A stretch of 42,845 nt of DNA from Mollicutes bacterium (GTDB lineage Bacteria; Bacillota_I; Bacilli_A; RF39; UBA660): assembly GCA_012513875.1 (NCBI GenBank), contig JAAZBI010000064.1, positions 1 through 42,845 on the forward strand, read 5' to 3'. This document shows, piece after piece, positions 10,948 through 20,393 of the stretch. Position 1 is the first letter of the stretch. Every line of letters begins with the position of its first letter. Below the pieces are notes generated by a model, which saw only the letters and a list, made by a program, of their open reading frames with translations, had not been told where the DNA came from and did no database searches. A program made the position numbers and the translations under genes.

Positions 10948-12478
10948 AGGCAAGTATTATATTACGACATCAATCGTTTATGCATCTGCTAAGCCGCACA
11001 TTGGGAATACTTATGAAGTTGTTTTAGCAGATGCTATTGCACGATTTAAAAGACAAGAAGGTTATGATGTTTATTTTCAAACCGGAACGGATGAACATGG
11101 TTTAAAAATAGAAAAAAAAGCAGAAGAAAACAATCAAAGTCCACAAGAATATGTTGATGAAATAGCTTTAAAAGTAAAAGAAATTTGGGATTTAATGGAT
11201 TCGTCTTATACTTCATTTGTTAGAACAACAAATCCTGAACACAAAGAAACAGTAAAACGAATTTTTAAAAAAATGTTGAACAATGGAGACATATATAAAG
11301 GTAAATATGAAGGGTTATATTGCATTCCATGTGAATCTTTTTTTACTAATAGTCAATTAATAGATGGAAAATGTCCAGACTGTGGAAGAGAAGTTACTTC
11401 TGTTTCAGAAGATGCCTATTTTTTAAAATTATCAAAATATGTTGATAAATTAAAAAAACATTATGATGAACACCCGGATTTTATTGAACCTATTAGTCGT
11501 AAAAACGAAATTTATAATAATTTTATAAAACCAGGATTACAAGATTTATGTGTTTCAAGAAGTTCTTTTAAATGGGGCATACCGGTACCAATCGAAGAAA
11601 ATCATGTTATATATGTTTGGATTGATGCTTTAACAAATTATATAAATTTTATAGGTTATGATCCAAAAAATCAAGATGATTCAAAATTTTTAAAATTATG
11701 GCCTGCCGATTTACATGTGTTAGGTAAAGATATTTTAAGATTTCATATGATATATTGGCCAGTAATTTTGATGTCATTAGGGTTAGAACTTCCTAAAAAA
11801 ATATATGCCCATTCGTGGTATGTTAATAATGAAGGAAAAATTAGCAAATCTAAAGGATCTTTAAATTATGCTGATGAATTAGTTGAAATCTTTGGCGTCG
11901 AAGCATTACGCTATTATTTATTGAGTGAGATGCCTTATGCTAATGATGGATTAATTTCAGAAGATTTAATAAGAGAAAAAGTTAATTCTGATTTAGCTAA
12001 TAATTTAGGGAATTTAATTAATCGGACAATTGCAATGAATTTGAAATATTTTAATGGGCAAATTTTCGAAGCCAAAAACACAGATAAAATTGATAAAGAT
12101 TTAATTGATTGTGCACTAAAAACAAAAGATTTAGTAAAACAAAAAATGAACACTTTACATGTTGGTGACAGTTTGTCAGAAATTATGAATTTATCAAGAA
12201 GATGTAATAAGTATATAGATGAAAAAACACCATGGTTACTAGCAAAGGAAGAAGCAAAAAAAGAAGATTTACAAACTACTATGTATAATTTGTTAGAATC
12301 AATTCGTTTTATTGGCGTTTTATTACAGCCATATATGCCAAAAACTTCCCAAAAAATATTAGATATTTTTGGACTAAAAGAAAGTGGTTTAGATACAATT
12401 GAAAAGTTTGGTTATTTAAATAATACAAACAAAACAAAAGAGATAGAACCTTTATTTATGAGAATTGAAAAAAAATAA
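10940..12478 (+). CDS. metG: methionine--tRNA ligase (short form, no C-terminal tRNA-binding domain)
   Basis: HIGN (HIGH-type) motif, zinc knuckles CIPCES / CPDCGRE, KISKSKG (KMSKS-type). True start is the ATG at 10940 behind GGAGGA, overlapping dut by 8 nt. The track start at 10877 is an in-frame read-through of the dut 3' end. Confidence 0.93.
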   Translation: MNKGKYYITTSIVYASAKPHIGNTYEVVLADAIARFKRQEGYDVYFQTGTDEHGLKIEKKAEENNQSPQEYVDEIALKVKEIWDLMDSSYTSFVRTTNPEHKETVKRIFKKMLNNGDIYKGKYEGLYCIPCESFFTNSQLIDGKCPDCGREVTSVSEDAYFLKLSKYVDKLKKHYDEHPDFIEPISRKNEIYNNFIKPGLQDLCVSRSSFKWGIPVPIEENHVIYVWIDALTNYINFIGYDPKNQDDSKFLKLWPADLHVLGKDILRFHMIYWPVILMSLGLELPKKIYAHSWYVNNEGKISKSKGSLNYADELVEIFGVEALRYYLLSEMPYANDGLISEDLIREKVNSDLANNLGNLINRTIAMNLKYFNGQIFEAKNTDKIDKDLIDCALKTKDLVKQKMNTLHVGDSLSEIMNLSRRCNKYIDEKTPWLLAKEEAKKEDLQTTMYNLLESIRFIGVLLQPYMPKTSQKILDIFGLKESGLDTIEKFGYLNNTNKTKEIEPLFMRIEKK

Positions 12479-12510
12479 AAAATTATACCTAGAAATGGTA
12501 TAATTTTTTT
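12479..12510 (+). terminator. intrinsic terminator after metG
   Basis: AAAATTATACC (12479-12489) / GGTATAATTTT (12497-12507), 7-nt loop, T-run. The 3' arm also reads TGGTATAAT, an extended -10 that could serve tatD. Confidence 0.6.
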
Positions 12511-12525
12511 ATAGGAGAAAAAATT

Positions 12526-13281
12526 ATGTTTATAGATACTCATTGTCATATTGATGAACTAAATGAAAAAGAAGTTATTAAATATTTAGAAAATGCTCAG
12601 AAAAACGATGTAGAAAAGTTAATAATATCAGGAGTAGATTTAGAATCTAGTAAAAAAGTTATAGATCTTTCAAATAAATATTCAAATATTTATTGTACTA
12701 TTGGTATTCATCCAAATAATATTGCTAATCTATCAGAAAATTATCTCTTTGAATTAGAAAAAATGTCAAAAAATTCAAAAGTGGTTGGCATAGGCGAAAT
12801 TGGGTTGGATTATTTTTATATAAAAGATAATTCAGTTAAACAAATTGAAATTCTTGAGCAACAGTTATTATTAGCAGAAAAATTAAAATTACCAATTGTA
12901 ATTCATAATCGTGATGCTGACGAGGATATTTTAAGAATTATTAAAAAATATAGTTTAAAAGGTGTTTTTCATTGTTTTTCATCTAATTTGGAATTTGCAA
13001 AAAAAATTATCTCTTTGAATTATAAATTAGGAATTGGTGGAATAATAACTTTTAAAAACAGTGATTTAAAAAATCAAATAAAAGAAGTGGAAATTAAACA
13101 TATAGTTTTAGAAACAGATTCTCCTTATTTGTCTCCAGAACCAAATAGAGGGCAAATCAATGAGTCAGCAAATATTAAATTTATTGCAGAAAAATTAAGC
13201 AAAATTAAAAACAAAACCCTTGAAGAAATAGCTAGGGAAACAACTCGGAATGCTAAAGAGTTATTTGACTTTAATAACTAA
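12526..13281 (+). CDS. tatD: TatD family metal-dependent DNase/hydrolase
   Basis: DTHCHI, GEIGLDY, HNRDA, ETDSPYL motifs. Confidence 0.92.
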   Translation: MFIDTHCHIDELNEKEVIKYLENAQKNDVEKLIISGVDLESSKKVIDLSNKYSNIYCTIGIHPNNIANLSENYLFELEKMSKNSKVVGIGEIGLDYFYIKDNSVKQIEILEQQLLLAEKLKLPIVIHNRDADEDILRIIKKYSLKGVFHCFSSNLEFAKKIISLNYKLGIGGIITFKNSDLKNQIKEVEIKHIVLETDSPYLSPEPNRGQINESANIKFIAEKLSKIKNKTLEEIARETTRNAKELFDFNN

Positions 13282-13316
13282 AAATGCTAAAATAATAGTA
13301 TTAAAGAGGTGACTTT

Positions 13317-13835
13317 ATGAAAGAAAAATTATTAAAATTAACTAAAGTAATATATGCTCTTTCTTTTATTATTGTCTTTTCATTTGTTTTGCCTTTTGAA
13401 ATAAAAACAATAGGAAAAATTGAAAAAAACGTTCCTATTTTAATTCAAAATAAAAAATACAATTCTTTTCCAAAAGATGTTTCTGACAAATTGATTTTAG
13501 CAACATTTGTTGGAGAATTAACTGGATATGGGCCGGATTGTCCAAAATGTATTGGAATAACAGCTGGAGGACATGATGCTAGGAATGGTAATGTTTATTA
13601 TGATGATAAAGAATATGGAAAAGTAAGAATTGTAGCGTCTTCTACAAAATATAAAATGGGAACAATCTTGAGAATTAATTCTAAAAGAATTTCTTCAAAA
13701 CCCTTTTATGCAATCGTTTTAGACCGCGGTGTCAGTGGAAATGTAATCGATTTACTTTTTCCAACTCAAGATGAAGCTAGATTTGTAGGAAGACAAAAAA
13801 ATTTAACTTTTGAAATAATGAGAATAGGAAGATAA
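13317..13835 (+). CDS. membrane-anchored 3D-domain protein (YabE-like)
   Basis: N-terminal TM segment. C-terminal 3D / double-psi-barrel-like region GYGPDCPKC...AIVLDRG..IDL. Position after tatD as for yabE in Bacillus. Confidence 0.7.
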   Translation: MKEKLLKLTKVIYALSFIIVFSFVLPFEIKTIGKIEKNVPILIQNKKYNSFPKDVSDKLILATFVGELTGYGPDCPKCIGITAGGHDARNGNVYYDDKEYGKVRIVASSTKYKMGTILRINSKRISSKPFYAIVLDRGVSGNVIDLLFPTQDEARFVGRQKNLTFEIMRIGR

Positions 13836-13859
13836 AAAGATTGTTAAAACAATCTTTTT
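13835..13859 (+). terminator. intrinsic terminator
   Basis: AAAAGATTGTT / AACAATCTTTT hairpin followed by Ts. Confidence 0.6.
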
Positions 13860-13877
13860 AAATAAGAAGAGGTAAAA

Positions 13878-14666
13878 ATGGAACAAATAAGGCCTAAAAA
13901 AAAATTTGGGCAAAATTTTTTAATTGATAACAATATTTTAAATAAAATTGTAAAAATAGCAGAGATAGAGCCTAATTCATTAGTTATTGAAATCGGAATA
14001 GGAACAGGTAACTTAACTGAACAATTGATTAAAGAAAAAATTACTTTGTTAGGATATGAAATAGACAATAGTTTAAAAGAGGGTTTAGATAAAAAATTTA
14101 ATAATTACTCTAATTTAAACGTTGTTTATGATGATTTTTTAAAAAGAAATTTAAAAGAAGATTTAAAACCTTATGAAAACAAAACAAAATATGTTATTGC
14201 TAATCTCCCATATTATATAACTACACCGATTATAACTAAAATAATTGAATCTGATTTTAATCCGCAAAAAATGTTGTTAATGGTTCAAAAAGAAGTTGGA
14301 GACAGATTGGCAGCTCAACCCGGAACCAAAGCATATGGGTCTTTAACAGTTTTTATTAAATACTATTTTGAAGTAAAAAAAATGTTTTTAGTATCAAAAA
14401 ACGCTTTTTTCCCAAAACCTAATGTAGATAGTTTAATTGTTAAGTTTGAAAAAACACCAATAAAATATGAAGTTAATAATGAAAAATTATTTTTTAAATT
14501 TGTAAAAGATGCTTTTGTTCAAAAGAGAAAAACACTAAAAAACAACATAAAAAACTATGATTTAATAAAAGTTGAAGAAACATTAAAAAAATATAATTTA
14601 GATTTAACTGTTCGAGCTGAAAAATTATCGATTGAACAATTTATTGACATCACCAATAATTTATAA
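13878..14666 (+). CDS. rsmA: 16S rRNA (adenine1518/1519-N6)-dimethyltransferase
   Basis: FGQNFL, IEIGIGTGNLT and NLPYYITTPI motifs. Confidence 0.95.
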   Translation: MEQIRPKKKFGQNFLIDNNILNKIVKIAEIEPNSLVIEIGIGTGNLTEQLIKEKITLLGYEIDNSLKEGLDKKFNNYSNLNVVYDDFLKRNLKEDLKPYENKTKYVIANLPYYITTPIITKIIESDFNPQKMLLMVQKEVGDRLAAQPGTKAYGSLTVFIKYYFEVKKMFLVSKNAFFPKPNVDSLIVKFEKTPIKYEVNNEKLFFKFVKDAFVQKRKTLKNNIKNYDLIKVEETLKKYNLDLTVRAEKLSIEQFIDITNNL

Positions 14667-14740
14667 TAAAACCATTGATTTTATAAAAGTAAAGTGTTAA
14701 AATCAAATTGTATTAGTTATACAATTGGGAGGAAAAGTTA

Positions 14741-15037
14741 ATGAAAATCACATCAGTAAATGTTAGAAAAATTGAAAAAGAAGATTCACGCATGAGAGGA
14801 ATCGCATCAATTTTAATTGATGATTGTTTTGCAGTTCATGACATTAGAATAATTGAAGGAGATAAAGGAATATTTATAGCGATGCCTAGTCGTAAAACAG
14901 CAACAGGTGGATATAGAGATATTGCTCATCCAGTTACTCCAGAAGCTAGAAAAATGTTTGAAGATGCGATTTTACCTGAATACGAAAAAGTAGAAAGCGG
15001 TATAACAGAAAGTAACGAAGAACCACAAGAAGAATAA
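14741..15037 (+). CDS. spoVG: septation/regulatory protein SpoVG
   Basis: MKITSVNVRKI...GIASILIDDCFAVHDIRIIEG..GIFIAMPSRK is typical SpoVG. Confidence 0.95.
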   Translation: MKITSVNVRKIEKEDSRMRGIASILIDDCFAVHDIRIIEGDKGIFIAMPSRKTATGGYRDIAHPVTPEARKMFEDAILPEYEKVESGITESNEEPQEE

Positions 15038-15050
15038 TGGTTCTTTTTTT
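15018..15050 (+). terminator. intrinsic terminator overlapping the spoVG stop
   Basis: AAGAACCA / TGGTTCTT stem, then a T7 run. Confidence 0.6.
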
Positions 15051-15123
15051 GTCTACAAGTGTTAAAGAACTTTACTTTACTTATTTTAAAATGCTATACT
15101 TTAATTAAGGTTTGGTGATATAA

Positions 15124-15414
15124 ATGAGTAATAAAGCTTCGAAGACAACAAAAAGAAGATTGAGATTATTTACTATTATTACTTTAATAGTTTTTGTTTT
15201 GTTTGTTTCTAACGTTGCATCATTATATATTCAAATTCAAAATTCAAACCAAAAAGAAACAGAATTAGTTGTAGAATTAAACACCTTAAAAGATAAGACT
15301 ATTTATTTGCAAAATGAAGTGAAAAAATTAAGTGATCCAGATTATGTTGCAAAATATGCCAGAGAAAAATATCTTTATTCAAAAGATGGTGAATATACTA
15401 TTAAACTACCTTAA
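15124..15414 (+). CDS. divIC: septum formation initiator (FtsB/DivIC family)
   Basis: Single N-terminal TM, coiled coil, C-terminal DPDYVAKYAREKY motif. Confidence 0.8.
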   Translation: MSNKASKTTKRRLRLFTIITLIVFVLFVSNVASLYIQIQNSNQKETELVVELNTLKDKTIYLQNEVKKLSDPDYVAKYAREKYLYSKDGEYTIKLP

Positions 15415-15434
15415 GCACGTAAGTGCTTTTTTCT
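15413..15434 (+). terminator. intrinsic terminator
   Basis: AAGCAC-gtaa-GTGCTT followed by a T-run. Confidence 0.65.
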
Positions 15435-15477
15435 TTTTAATTTGTTTTATTTATGATAAAATAAATGAGGTGATTTA

Positions 15478-15855
15478 ATGAAAACAAATAATATCAACCC
15501 TTTAATTTTAGCGTATCTTGGAGATGCAATATACGAATTAGAAATCAGAAAGTATTTAATATTTCAAGGTATTCAAAAAGTAAAATTATTACAAGAAGCT
15601 TCTGAAAAATATGTGAGTGCAACTGCTCAAGCTTATAAACTAAAAGAATTGATTGATCAAAACTTTTTTTCAGAACAAGAAATAGAAATAATAAAAAGAG
15701 CACGCAACACTAAAGAAGGAAGTAGAAGAAAAACTAATGTTATAGCTCACAAACTTTCTACAGGATTAGAATCTTTATTTGGAAGTTTATATTTAGAAAA
15801 CAATTATCAAAGAATTGAAGAAATAATTTCAAAGATAGTAGGTGAAATATGTTAA
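15478..15855 (+). CDS. mrnC: mini-ribonuclease III
   Basis: NPLILAYLGDAIYELEIRKYL RNase III signature, about 125 aa, precedes rlmB as yazC-yacO do in Bacillus. Confidence 0.9.
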   Translation: MKTNNINPLILAYLGDAIYELEIRKYLIFQGIQKVKLLQEASEKYVSATAQAYKLKELIDQNFFSEQEIEIIKRARNTKEGSRRKTNVIAHKLSTGLESLFGSLYLENNYQRIEEIISKIVGEIC

Positions 15856-16556
15856 TTTATGGTAAAAATAGTGCAATATCTATAATTGAAGGAAATCAAA
15901 AAATAAAAAAAATTTATTTATCTGAAAGTTTTAATGATAAAAATATCATTACTCTTTTAAGAAAACACAAATTTAGTTATGAAACTAAATCAATAAGAAA
16001 AATAAACAATCTTGCTCCAGGCCTAAATCAGGGTATAATAATTGATGTCGAAGATTATAAATACTATGATTTAGAAACTTTAATTGAAAGTGCAAAAACT
16101 CCTAGTTTTTTTGTTATTCTTGATCACATTGAAGATCCTCATAATTTAGGAGCAATTATTAGAACTTGTGAAGCAGCAGGAGTAGACGGGGTTATTATTC
16201 CTAATAAAAGGAGCGCACAAGTTAATTCGACAGTTATGAAGGTCAGTTCGGGTGCATTAGATAATATTAAAGTTTGTTTAGTATCTAATATAGTAAATAC
16301 AATGAAGAAACTAAAAGAAAAAGGTTTTTGGACAGTTGGAACTAAAATGGAAACGAAACAAACTTATTATGATTTAGATTATAAAATGAATATTTGTTTA
16401 ATTATAGGTAATGAAGGTTCAGGTATAAGTAATTTGGTTGAAAAAGAATGTGATTATATGGTTAATATTCCAATGGTTGGTAAAATTAACAGTTTAAATG
16501 CTTCAGTAGCCACAGGAATTATTGTTTTTGAAATATTAAAAAAATCAAGAGAGTAG
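15849..16556 (+). CDS. rlmB: 23S rRNA 2'-O-methyltransferase, SpoU/TrmH family (RlmB/YacO type)
   Basis: SPOUT motifs LDHIEDPHNLGAIIRT, IIGNEGSGIS, SLNASVA. Confidence 0.88.
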   Translation: MLIYGKNSAISIIEGNQKIKKIYLSESFNDKNIITLLRKHKFSYETKSIRKINNLAPGLNQGIIIDVEDYKYYDLETLIESAKTPSFFVILDHIEDPHNLGAIIRTCEAAGVDGVIIPNKRSAQVNSTVMKVSSGALDNIKVCLVSNIVNTMKKLKEKGFWTVGTKMETKQTYYDLDYKMNICLIIGNEGSGISNLVEKECDYMVNIPMVGKINSLNASVATGIIVFEILKKSRE

Positions 16557-16563
16557 GTGTTAG

Positions 16564-17172
16564 ATGAAATCATATAAAGAATATAATGATTCGGAACTTT
16601 TATATTTGATTTGTGAAAAAAATGAAGATGCATATGATGTCCTATATAAAAAATACTTGCCTATTGTTGAAATAAAAGCTAAAAAATATATTAATTTTGG
16701 CAAAACCAAAGGATTAGATATTAATGATTTGGTTCAAGAAGGCATGATTGGTTTAAATGAAGCAATTAAAGATTTTAAAGAAAACAAAAATATTAAGTTT
16801 TCAACTTTCGCAAGTTTATGTATTGAAAGACAAATTAGTTCCTCTATAAAAAAGGCTAATCGTCAAAAACACAAAAATTTAAATGATTCAATCTCAATTG
16901 ATGATGATTTTTCTAAAGAAGCTAAAACATTGTTAGAAAAATTATTTAATAAAAACGAATTAGATCCTAGTGAAAAAATGATAAAAGATGAAACAGAAAA
17001 AGAAATAAACGATAAACTTAAAAAAATATTATCTCCTTTAGAAGTACAAGTTTTAAATTATCGAATAAAAGGTTATGAATATAAAGAAATAGCTGAAAGA
17101 TTGAATAAATCATATAAATCAATTGATAGTACGATTCAAAGAATAAAAAACAAATTAAAAAACAATTATTAA
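16564..17172 (+). CDS. sigH: sigma-70 family sigma factor, SigH-like
   Basis: DLVQEGMIGL, FSTFASLCIERQI...ANRQKH closely resembles the B. subtilis SigH region FAELCITRQI...TRQKH (from memory). Syntenic position before secE-nusG. Confidence 0.8.
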   Translation: MKSYKEYNDSELLYLICEKNEDAYDVLYKKYLPIVEIKAKKYINFGKTKGLDINDLVQEGMIGLNEAIKDFKENKNIKFSTFASLCIERQISSSIKKANRQKHKNLNDSISIDDDFSKEAKTLLEKLFNKNELDPSEKMIKDETEKEINDKLKKILSPLEVQVLNYRIKGYEYKEIAERLNKSYKSIDSTIQRIKNKLKNNY

Positions 17173-17237
17173 AAACATTGACTTTGCTATACAAATATGT
17201 TATTTTGTATTTGTAAACACAAGTAGGTGTTTTTATT

Positions 17238-17435
17238 TTGGAAAAATTGGAAGTGAAAAAAATGATTAAAGATTATTTTCTTAACGTAAAAAAAGAAGTA
17301 AAAAAAATCAGATGGCCAAATAAAAAAGATATGGCAAAATATTCTTCTGCTGTATTAAGTTTTTGTTTCTTTTTTGCTTTATATTTTTTTCTTATCAATA
17401 TAATTATAGTTTTTTTAAAGGAAGTGTTAAATTAG
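17238..17435 (+). CDS. secE: preprotein translocase subunit SecE
   Basis: KEVKKIRWP followed by a single TM. Directly precedes nusG. TTG start at 17238 (AGGTG 8 nt upstream) or ATG at 17262. Confidence 0.85.
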   Translation: MEKLEVKKMIKDYFLNVKKEVKKIRWPNKKDMAKYSSAVLSFCFFFALYFFLINIIIVFLKEVLN

Positions 17436-17972
17436 ATGGAAGAAAAACGCTGGTATGTAGTTAATACTTATTCTGGTCACGAAAATAAAGTAAAAGAAAA
17501 ATTAGAAATGCGTTTAGAATCCTTAAATATGCAAGACTATATTTTTAGAGTAGTAGTTCCAGAACAAACTGAGATTGAAGTAAAAGATGGAGTTCAAAAA
17601 GAAAAAACTAAAAAATTATTTCCAGGTTATGTTTTGATAGAAATGATTATGTCTGATGAAGCTTGGTATGTAGTTCGTAATACTCCAGGAGTTACAGGTT
17701 TTATTGGTTCGAGTGGGAAAGGTGCTAAACCAATTCCTTTATCTCCAATTGAAGCTGATCGTATTTTAGGACAAATGGGAATGAGTAGATTACAATTAGG
17801 TACTGAAATAAATGTTGGTGATAAAGTTAAGATGATATCTGGTCCATTCAGTTCAATGGAAGGAAGAATTGACTTTATTGACGAAGAAAACCAAAGATTA
17901 AAAGTTATAGTTGATTTATTTGGGCAAGAAACTACTATTGAAGTAGAATTAGTGCAAGTTGAAAAGATTTAA
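17436..17972 (+). CDS. nusG: transcription termination/antitermination factor NusG
   Basis: WYVVNTYSGHENKVK, KOW motif GDKVKMISGPF. Confidence 0.96.
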   Translation: MEEKRWYVVNTYSGHENKVKEKLEMRLESLNMQDYIFRVVVPEQTEIEVKDGVQKEKTKKLFPGYVLIEMIMSDEAWYVVRNTPGVTGFIGSSGKGAKPIPLSPIEADRILGQMGMSRLQLGTEINVGDKVKMISGPFSSMEGRIDFIDEENQRLKVIVDLFGQETTIEVELVQVEKI

Positions 17973-18042
17973 AAATTTGATTGCAAACTATTAAAAACAA
18001 TGCTAAAATGAATGTGCTTTGTTATGTAAATAACAAAAAAAT

Positions 18043-18080
18043 AAAGTGGGAGTATTAAATATATACATTTAACCACTCGC
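18043..18080 (+). promoter_or_regulatory. putative L1-binding mRNA motif (23S L1-stalk mimic) in the rplK leader
   Basis: AAAGUGGGAG...AACCACUC resembles 23S rRNA GGUGGGAGGC...AAAUACCACCC (recalled). Downstream of an extended -10, TGCTAAAAT, at about 18000-18008. Confidence 0.45.
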
Positions 18081-18108
18081 GAAAAAAAATAAATAGGAGG
18101 TGTTTTTC

Positions 18109-18537
18109 GTGGCTAAAGAAATCGTTAAAAAAATAAAATTACAAATTGAAGCAGGTCGTGCAACATCAGCACCTCCAGTTGGAACAGTTCTTGGACCAGC
18201 TGGAATAAACTTACAAGAATTTTGTACAAGATTTAATGATGAATCAAAAGAAATGATGGGAGATATAGTTCCTGTTGAAATTTCGGTTTATGATGATCGT
18301 TCTTTTTCTTTTATTATTAAAACTTCACCAGCAGCATTTTTATTAAAAAAAGCAAGTGGTGTAAAAAAAGGAACTGCAACTTGTTCAAAAGAAACAGTTG
18401 GTAGTGTAACTAAAAGTCAAGTTCGTGAAATTGCTGAAAAAAAATCAGTAGATTTAAATGCATATGATATTGAATCTGCTATTAAGATTATCGAAGGTAC
18501 TGCTAAAAGCATGGGAATCGAAATCAAAGAAGATTAA
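18109..18537 (+). CDS. rplK: 50S ribosomal protein L11
   Basis: MAKEIVKKIKLQIEAGRATSAPPVG. GTG at 18109 lies 6 nt after AGGAGGTG; the track start at 18100 lies inside the RBS. Confidence 0.95.
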   Translation: MAKEIVKKIKLQIEAGRATSAPPVGTVLGPAGINLQEFCTRFNDESKEMMGDIVPVEISVYDDRSFSFIIKTSPAAFLLKKASGVKKGTATCSKETVGSVTKSQVREIAEKKSVDLNAYDIESAIKIIEGTAKSMGIEIKED

Positions 18538-18545
18538 TGTTTTTT

Positions 18546-18575
18546 AAAGTGGGAGGGAAACCGTTAAGACCACAG
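18546..18575 (+). promoter_or_regulatory. putative L1-binding mRNA motif between rplK and rplA
   Basis: AAAGUGGGAGGGAAACCGUUAAGACCAC. Same AAAGUGGGAG 10-mer as at 18043, with a GUGG/CCAC helix, 15 nt before the rplA RBS. Confidence 0.5.
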
Positions 18576-18589
18576 AAGGAGATAAAAAT

Positions 18590-19288
18590 ATGAAAAAAAG
18601 AAGTAAAAAATACGAAGAATTATTAAAAAAAATTGACAAAAAAACTTTGTACTCAGCAGAAGATGCAATTAAGTTAGCTAAAGATTCAGCTTTGACTAAA
18701 TTTGATTCTTCAGTAGAATTAGCTGTTAGATTAAATTTGGATACAAAGAAAGTTGATCAACAACTAAGAGGTGCTTTTGTTTTACCTAACGGAACTGGAA
18801 AAACAAAAAGAATTTTAGTTTTAGCTAAAAGTGAGAAAGCAAAAGAAGCTGAGAAAGCTGGAGCAGATTATGTAGGAGATCTTGATTTAATAGAAAAAAT
18901 CGAGAAAAAGAACTGGTTAGATTTTGATGTAATCATTGCAACTCCAGATATGATGCCTTTATTAGGTAAATTAGGTAAAGTTTTAGGACCTAAAGGGTTA
19001 ATGCCTAATCCTAAAACAGGAACAGTAACTAACGATATTGAAAAAGCAGTATCTGATGTTAAAAAAGGTATGATTGAATACAAAACAGATAGTTTTGGTA
19101 TCGTTCATACAATTATTGGAAAAGTTTCTTTTTCAGAAGAAAAATTAGTAGAAAATTTAAATGCTTTTATGGATTTAATTAAAAAAATTAAACCTACAGC
19201 ATCTAAAGGAATATATATAAAAAGTATTGTTATTTCTACAACAATGGGTCCAGGAATTAAAATTGATTCAAATTCCTTTGACAAATAA
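18590..19288 (+). CDS. rplA: 50S ribosomal protein L1
   Basis: 232 aa, typical L1 sequence, in the rplK-rplA pair. Confidence 0.96.
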   Translation: MKKRSKKYEELLKKIDKKTLYSAEDAIKLAKDSALTKFDSSVELAVRLNLDTKKVDQQLRGAFVLPNGTGKTKRILVLAKSEKAKEAEKAGADYVGDLDLIEKIEKKNWLDFDVIIATPDMMPLLGKLGKVLGPKGLMPNPKTGTVTNDIEKAVSDVKKGMIEYKTDSFGIVHTIIGKVSFSEEKLVENLNAFMDLIKKIKPTASKGIYIKSIVISTTMGPGIKIDSNSFDK

Positions 19289-19306
19289 AAATAAAAATAG
19301 TATACT
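19278..19306 (+). promoter_or_regulatory. promoter of the rplJL operon
   Basis: TTGACA (19278-19283), 17 nt, TATACT (19301-19306). Overlaps the rplA stop. Confidence 0.65.
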
Positions 19307-19311
19307 AAAAA

Positions 19312-19417
19312 AGAATTAAAAACCAAAGACAGTAGGAGCGAAAGCTTAATGAATTCCTACCGAGGGAATTAAGACTAGTATGTTTTAACCTTCGCAGATT
19401 GTCTACGAAGGTTTTTT
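19312..19417 (+). promoter_or_regulatory. ribosomal protein L10 (rplJ) leader with attenuator hairpin
   Basis: Structured ~105-nt leader ending in AACCTTCGCAGA-ttg-TCTACGAAGGTT (19387-19413) plus a T-run, immediately before the rplJ RBS. Matches the organisation of Firmicute L10 leaders. Confidence 0.6.
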
Positions 19418-19441
19418 ATATAAAAAAGGAGGTGTGTCAAA

Positions 19442-19933
19442 ATGCCTAGTAAAAAAGTTTTAGAAATAAAACAAGAAGTAGTTTCTGTTATCAAAGATAA
19501 AATAGAAAATTCTGCTTCTGTTATATTTGTAGATTATAGAGGTTTAACGGTTGATGAAACTAATCTTTTAAGAATAAAACTAAAAGAATCAGATACTGAA
19601 TTAAAAATTTATAAAAATACATTAGTTAGAAGAGCTTTAGAAAATTTAAAATTAGATTTAGGAGATGTTTTAGAAGGTCCAAGTGCTATAACAATTTCGA
19701 AAGAAATGATTGATCCTATCAAAGTTTTGACAAATTTTGCTAAAGAACATAAAACTTTAACTATTAAAGGCGGAATTATTGAAGGAAAGATATCAACATT
19801 AGAAGAACTTAATAATTTAGCAACAATTCCATCAAGAGAAACTTTGTTAAATATGTTAGCAGGTGGAATGATGGAAATAGTAAAAGACTTATCTATCTGT
19901 TTAAATTTGTACAGTGAACAAAAAAATAATTAA
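19442..19933 (+). CDS. rplJ: 50S ribosomal protein L10
   Basis: 163 aa, precedes rplL, typical L10 N-terminus. Confidence 0.95.
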   Translation: MPSKKVLEIKQEVVSVIKDKIENSASVIFVDYRGLTVDETNLLRIKLKESDTELKIYKNTLVRRALENLKLDLGDVLEGPSAITISKEMIDPIKVLTNFAKEHKTLTIKGGIIEGKISTLEELNNLATIPSRETLLNMLAGGMMEIVKDLSICLNLYSEQKNN

Positions 19934-19959
19934 TAATAAAAAATAAGGAGGAAATTAAA

Positions 19960-20325
19960 ATGGCAAAATTAACAAAAGAAACATTTATCGAAGCATTAAA
20001 AGAAATGACATTATTAGAAGTTAAAGAATTAGTAGACGCAATGAAAGAAGAATTAGGTGTTGATCCGAGTTCTGTAGCAGTAGCTGCAGCACCAGCAGCA
20101 GCAGTAGAAGAAGGACCTACAACTGCAACTGTAGTTATTACAGCAGCAGGTGCAAATAAATTGCAAGTAATTAAAATAATTAGAGAAATTACTGGATTAG
20201 GTATTAAAGAAGCTAAAGACATTGCAGATGCTGGTGGAAATGTTAAAGAAAATGCTAAGATTGATGAAGCAAACGAAATTAAAGCTAAGCTTGAAGAAGC
20301 TGGCGCAACAGTAGAATTAAAATAA
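19960..20325 (+). CDS. rplL: 50S ribosomal protein L7/L12
   Basis: Ala/Pro hinge AAAPAAAVEEGP and C-terminal domain GLGIKEAKD...LEEAGATVELK. Confidence 0.97.
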   Translation: MAKLTKETFIEALKEMTLLEVKELVDAMKEELGVDPSSVAVAAAPAAAVEEGPTTATVVITAAGANKLQVIKIIREITGLGIKEAKDIADAGGNVKENAKIDEANEIKAKLEEAGATVELK

Positions 20326-20338
20326 TTTTAAAGTAAGG

Positions 20339-20371
20339 AAAGCCTATATTGATTTATTTAATATAGGCTTT
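20339..20371 (+). terminator. intrinsic terminator after rplL
   Basis: AAAGCCTATATT / AATATAGGCTTT 12-bp stem. Confidence 0.6.
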
Positions 20372-20393
20372 AACTGTCCTTAAAAGGAGAAAT

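Noticed and set aside
15449-15466. 18-nt identity ATTTATGATAAAATAAAT between the mrnC upstream region and 32066-32083 upstream of the ssrA-flanking module.
   Set aside because: The shared core is the recurrent extended -10 element TGATAAAAT, also at 20995 and 41063, in AT-rich flanks. It is explained by promoter consensus rather than by a mobile repeat.
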